From a virus: a stretch of DNA of 5,144 nucleotides. Location: positions 1 to 5,144 of IMG/VR virus record IMGVR_UViG_3300045988_129059; one strand, written 5' to 3'. This document shows positions 3,687 to 5,144 of the stretch, piece after piece (the first letter of the stretch is position 1; the number at the start of each line of letters is the position of its first letter). The notes beneath the pieces are model-generated. The model was given only the letters and a program-made list of their open reading frames with translations. It did no database searches and was not told where the DNA came from. The translations under genes and the position numbers were made by a program.

Positions 3687-5144
3687 ACGCAATCCCGGAA
3701 TACTATGGACAGGCATAACACGGGTCGTAAGGTTTTTAATATAAAAATCACCAAAGATCTGATCGGCAACTTTTGACGTAACCGCAAGAGTACGGTCAAC
3801 ATTAGTCTTATCCTCCTGTATCCAAGATGCAGACAACGTAGGTTTTTGCTGATAATAGTCAGCAAAATGCCAGGACTGCAAAGACTTGTCAATACCAGAG
3901 CGCATCTCACCAGTTACAATACTCGGTTTATAACGATAATCCGCCCAAGCCTCTTGGTAGCCAAACACATCGTCAAGACTGCCAAAACCATCATTGTCAT
4001 AATAAATCTCACGAGTATATACGGGTTGCTCTCCAATATTTGCCAAAATCGGGAAATAATAGTCCAAACGATCTCTACGAGACCACATACGATTAAGACC
4101 CTGCTGATAGGTATGATTATACCGGGCACACATAAGACCGATCACAAAGCCATGCTCCGTAAATGATTTGACAAAACTATTGTCTGTATTATTTGTCAAA
4201 GACATAGCCGCTGTCGTACCAAGAGGGGTCTGACCAGACTCCGACTGCTGGACAATCTGATGCACATTGATACGAGTACGATTAGCAGACAACAGCTCCG
4301 GACGCTGTAAACGTCCATCCGGAGAGATGACACCAAAATGACCTCGTAAAAGCTCAATATAACGACTACCTGAACGGGCATCAGTCTCAAGCATCTGTTG
4401 AGTGGCAAAAGCAAGACGCAAACTATTAACGGTCAAAGCATCAGCCGATGACGTATCACCTACAAGATTATTGGGATAAAATAAACCATAATTATCCTCT
4501 GTAATCTCACCAGTCTGACTACGATCATAACCAAAACCGGAAACATTATTAGGTCTTGATGGCAACTTAGGCGCAAGACCAACCATAACAGGAGAGACCG
4601 TCTTATTAGGCTCAAGAGATCCACCATTAATATTATACATCATCATAGCTGGCTTTTTGCCAGATACAACAGGAGCATCTCTAGTAACAATCGGGATATC
4701 ACCAAACAAAGAGGATATCGTCACATCATCACCTTTCTGCGGCTCGGGCAGTACAGACGTAAAATAATCATGTAATTTATTGACTTTTAAAAGCTTACCA
4801 CCTTTTGCGGAGTTATTAGCATCAAATCTAACATCACCATCATCAGTATCAACCAAAATAGCGTCCTGCAAATTCTCATCCCGAAACCACTCATTCCAGA
4901 TCAGGTTATAAGCATTAATCGGCAGCCGAGAGATGGATAATACTCCACTTGGGTTAACCGGTACTCCAAAATAATCTAAAAGTGATTTTTGGAGCGGCTT
5001 TTTGTCAGATGCCTCATAGATCAACTGTGGGACCTGATAAGTAACATCCGAGGTCCAAGCCTCGGCAGACTCTCCCATAAACTCTTTCCAGTGGCTCCAG
5101 CAGAGCCGGGACGGCACATAAAAATAATACATGTCCAAAAAAAG
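3678..5144 (-). CDS. VP1: Major capsid protein VP1 (Microviridae F-like), C-terminal about 488 codons including the TAA stop at 3678-3680. The ORF continues upstream through the circular junction into 100-330.
   Basis: The 486-aa track ORF contains the conserved Microviridae capsid motif AYNLIWNEWFRDENLQD. The segment MDDLFLDMYYFYVPSRLCWSHWKEFMGES parallels Chlamydia phage VP1 (MDNLRLDTQYFFVPLRLIWSNFQKFCGEQ), recalled from memory rather than aligned. Length and composition are typical of gokushovirus VP1. Confidence 0.9.
   Translation of the reverse strand, partial: LFLDMYYFYVPSRLCWSHWKEFMGESAEAWTSDVTYQVPQLIYEASDKKPLQKSLLDYFGVPVNPSGVLSISRLPINAYNLIWNEWFRDENLQDAILVDTDDGDVRFDANNSAKGGKLLKVNKLHDYFTSVLPEPQKGDDVTISSLFGDIPIVTRDAPVVSGKKPAMMMYNINGGSLEPNKTVSPVMVGLAPKLPSRPNNVSGFGYDRSQTGEITEDNYGLFYPNNLVGDTSSADALTVNSLRLAFATQQMLETDARSGSRYIELLRGHFGVISPDGRLQRPELLSANRTRINVHQIVQQSESGQTPLGTTAAMSLTNNTDNSFVKSFTEHGFVIGLMCARYNHTYQQGLNRMWSRRDRLDYYFPILANIGEQPVYTREIYYDNDGFGSLDDVFGYQEAWADYRYKPSIVTGEMRSGIDKSLQSWHFADYYQQKPTLSASWIQEDKTNVDRTLAVTSKVADQIFGDFYIKNLTTRVMPVHSIPGLRKL
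5046..5144. repeat. Second copy of the terminal redundancy (identical to 1-99).
   Basis: Exact 99-nt identity with the window start. Confidence 0.95.

Noticed and set aside
3846-4414. Track ORFs 3846..4166(+), 3914..4129(-) and 4196..4414(-)
   Set aside because: They are alternative-frame or antisense overlaps within VP1, with no supporting signals.
1-5144. CRISPR arrays, tRNA/rRNA genes, integrase or transposase genes
   Set aside because: None were seen. The only repeats are the assembly overlap, the 12-nt VP3 tandem repeat, short palindromes and a 10-bp direct repeat. The genome is too small and fully accounted for by Microviridae genes.

Overview
The window is a complete circular gokushovirus-like (Microviridae) ssDNA phage genome of about 5045 bp, presented with a 99-nt terminal redundancy: bases 1-99 are identical to 5046-5144. 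The sequence is given as the reverse complement of the viral strand, so every credible gene lies on the minus strand. In viral-strand order the genes are VP1 major capsid (565 aa, wrapping through the circular junction), VP2 pilot/minor capsid, a small XRE/antitoxin-like HTH protein, and the VP4 rolling-circle Rep. These are followed by a 37-aa arginine/lysine-rich J/ORF8-like protein, an acidic 97-aa ORF that is translationally coupled to it, and the VP3 internal scaffold. All starts carry strong Shine-Dalgarno sites (AGGAGG/GAGAGG). Non-coding structure includes two hairpin-plus-U-tract terminators after VP4 and VP1. There are two sigma70-like promoters with perfect TTGACA -35 boxes; one has a G8 homopolymer in its spacer and the other a 9-bp-arm palindromic operator over the -10/TSS. 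A 16-bp perfect hairpin immediately upstream of rep has a viral-strand loop CTACTTGAT that resembles the phiX174 origin nick core. The most interesting part is the accessory slot between VP2 and VP4, which holds the HTH gene with its own strong promoter and operator and the candidate origin hairpin. AGGAGG-type SD sites and sigma70-like promoters favour a Firmicutes or Proteobacteria host.
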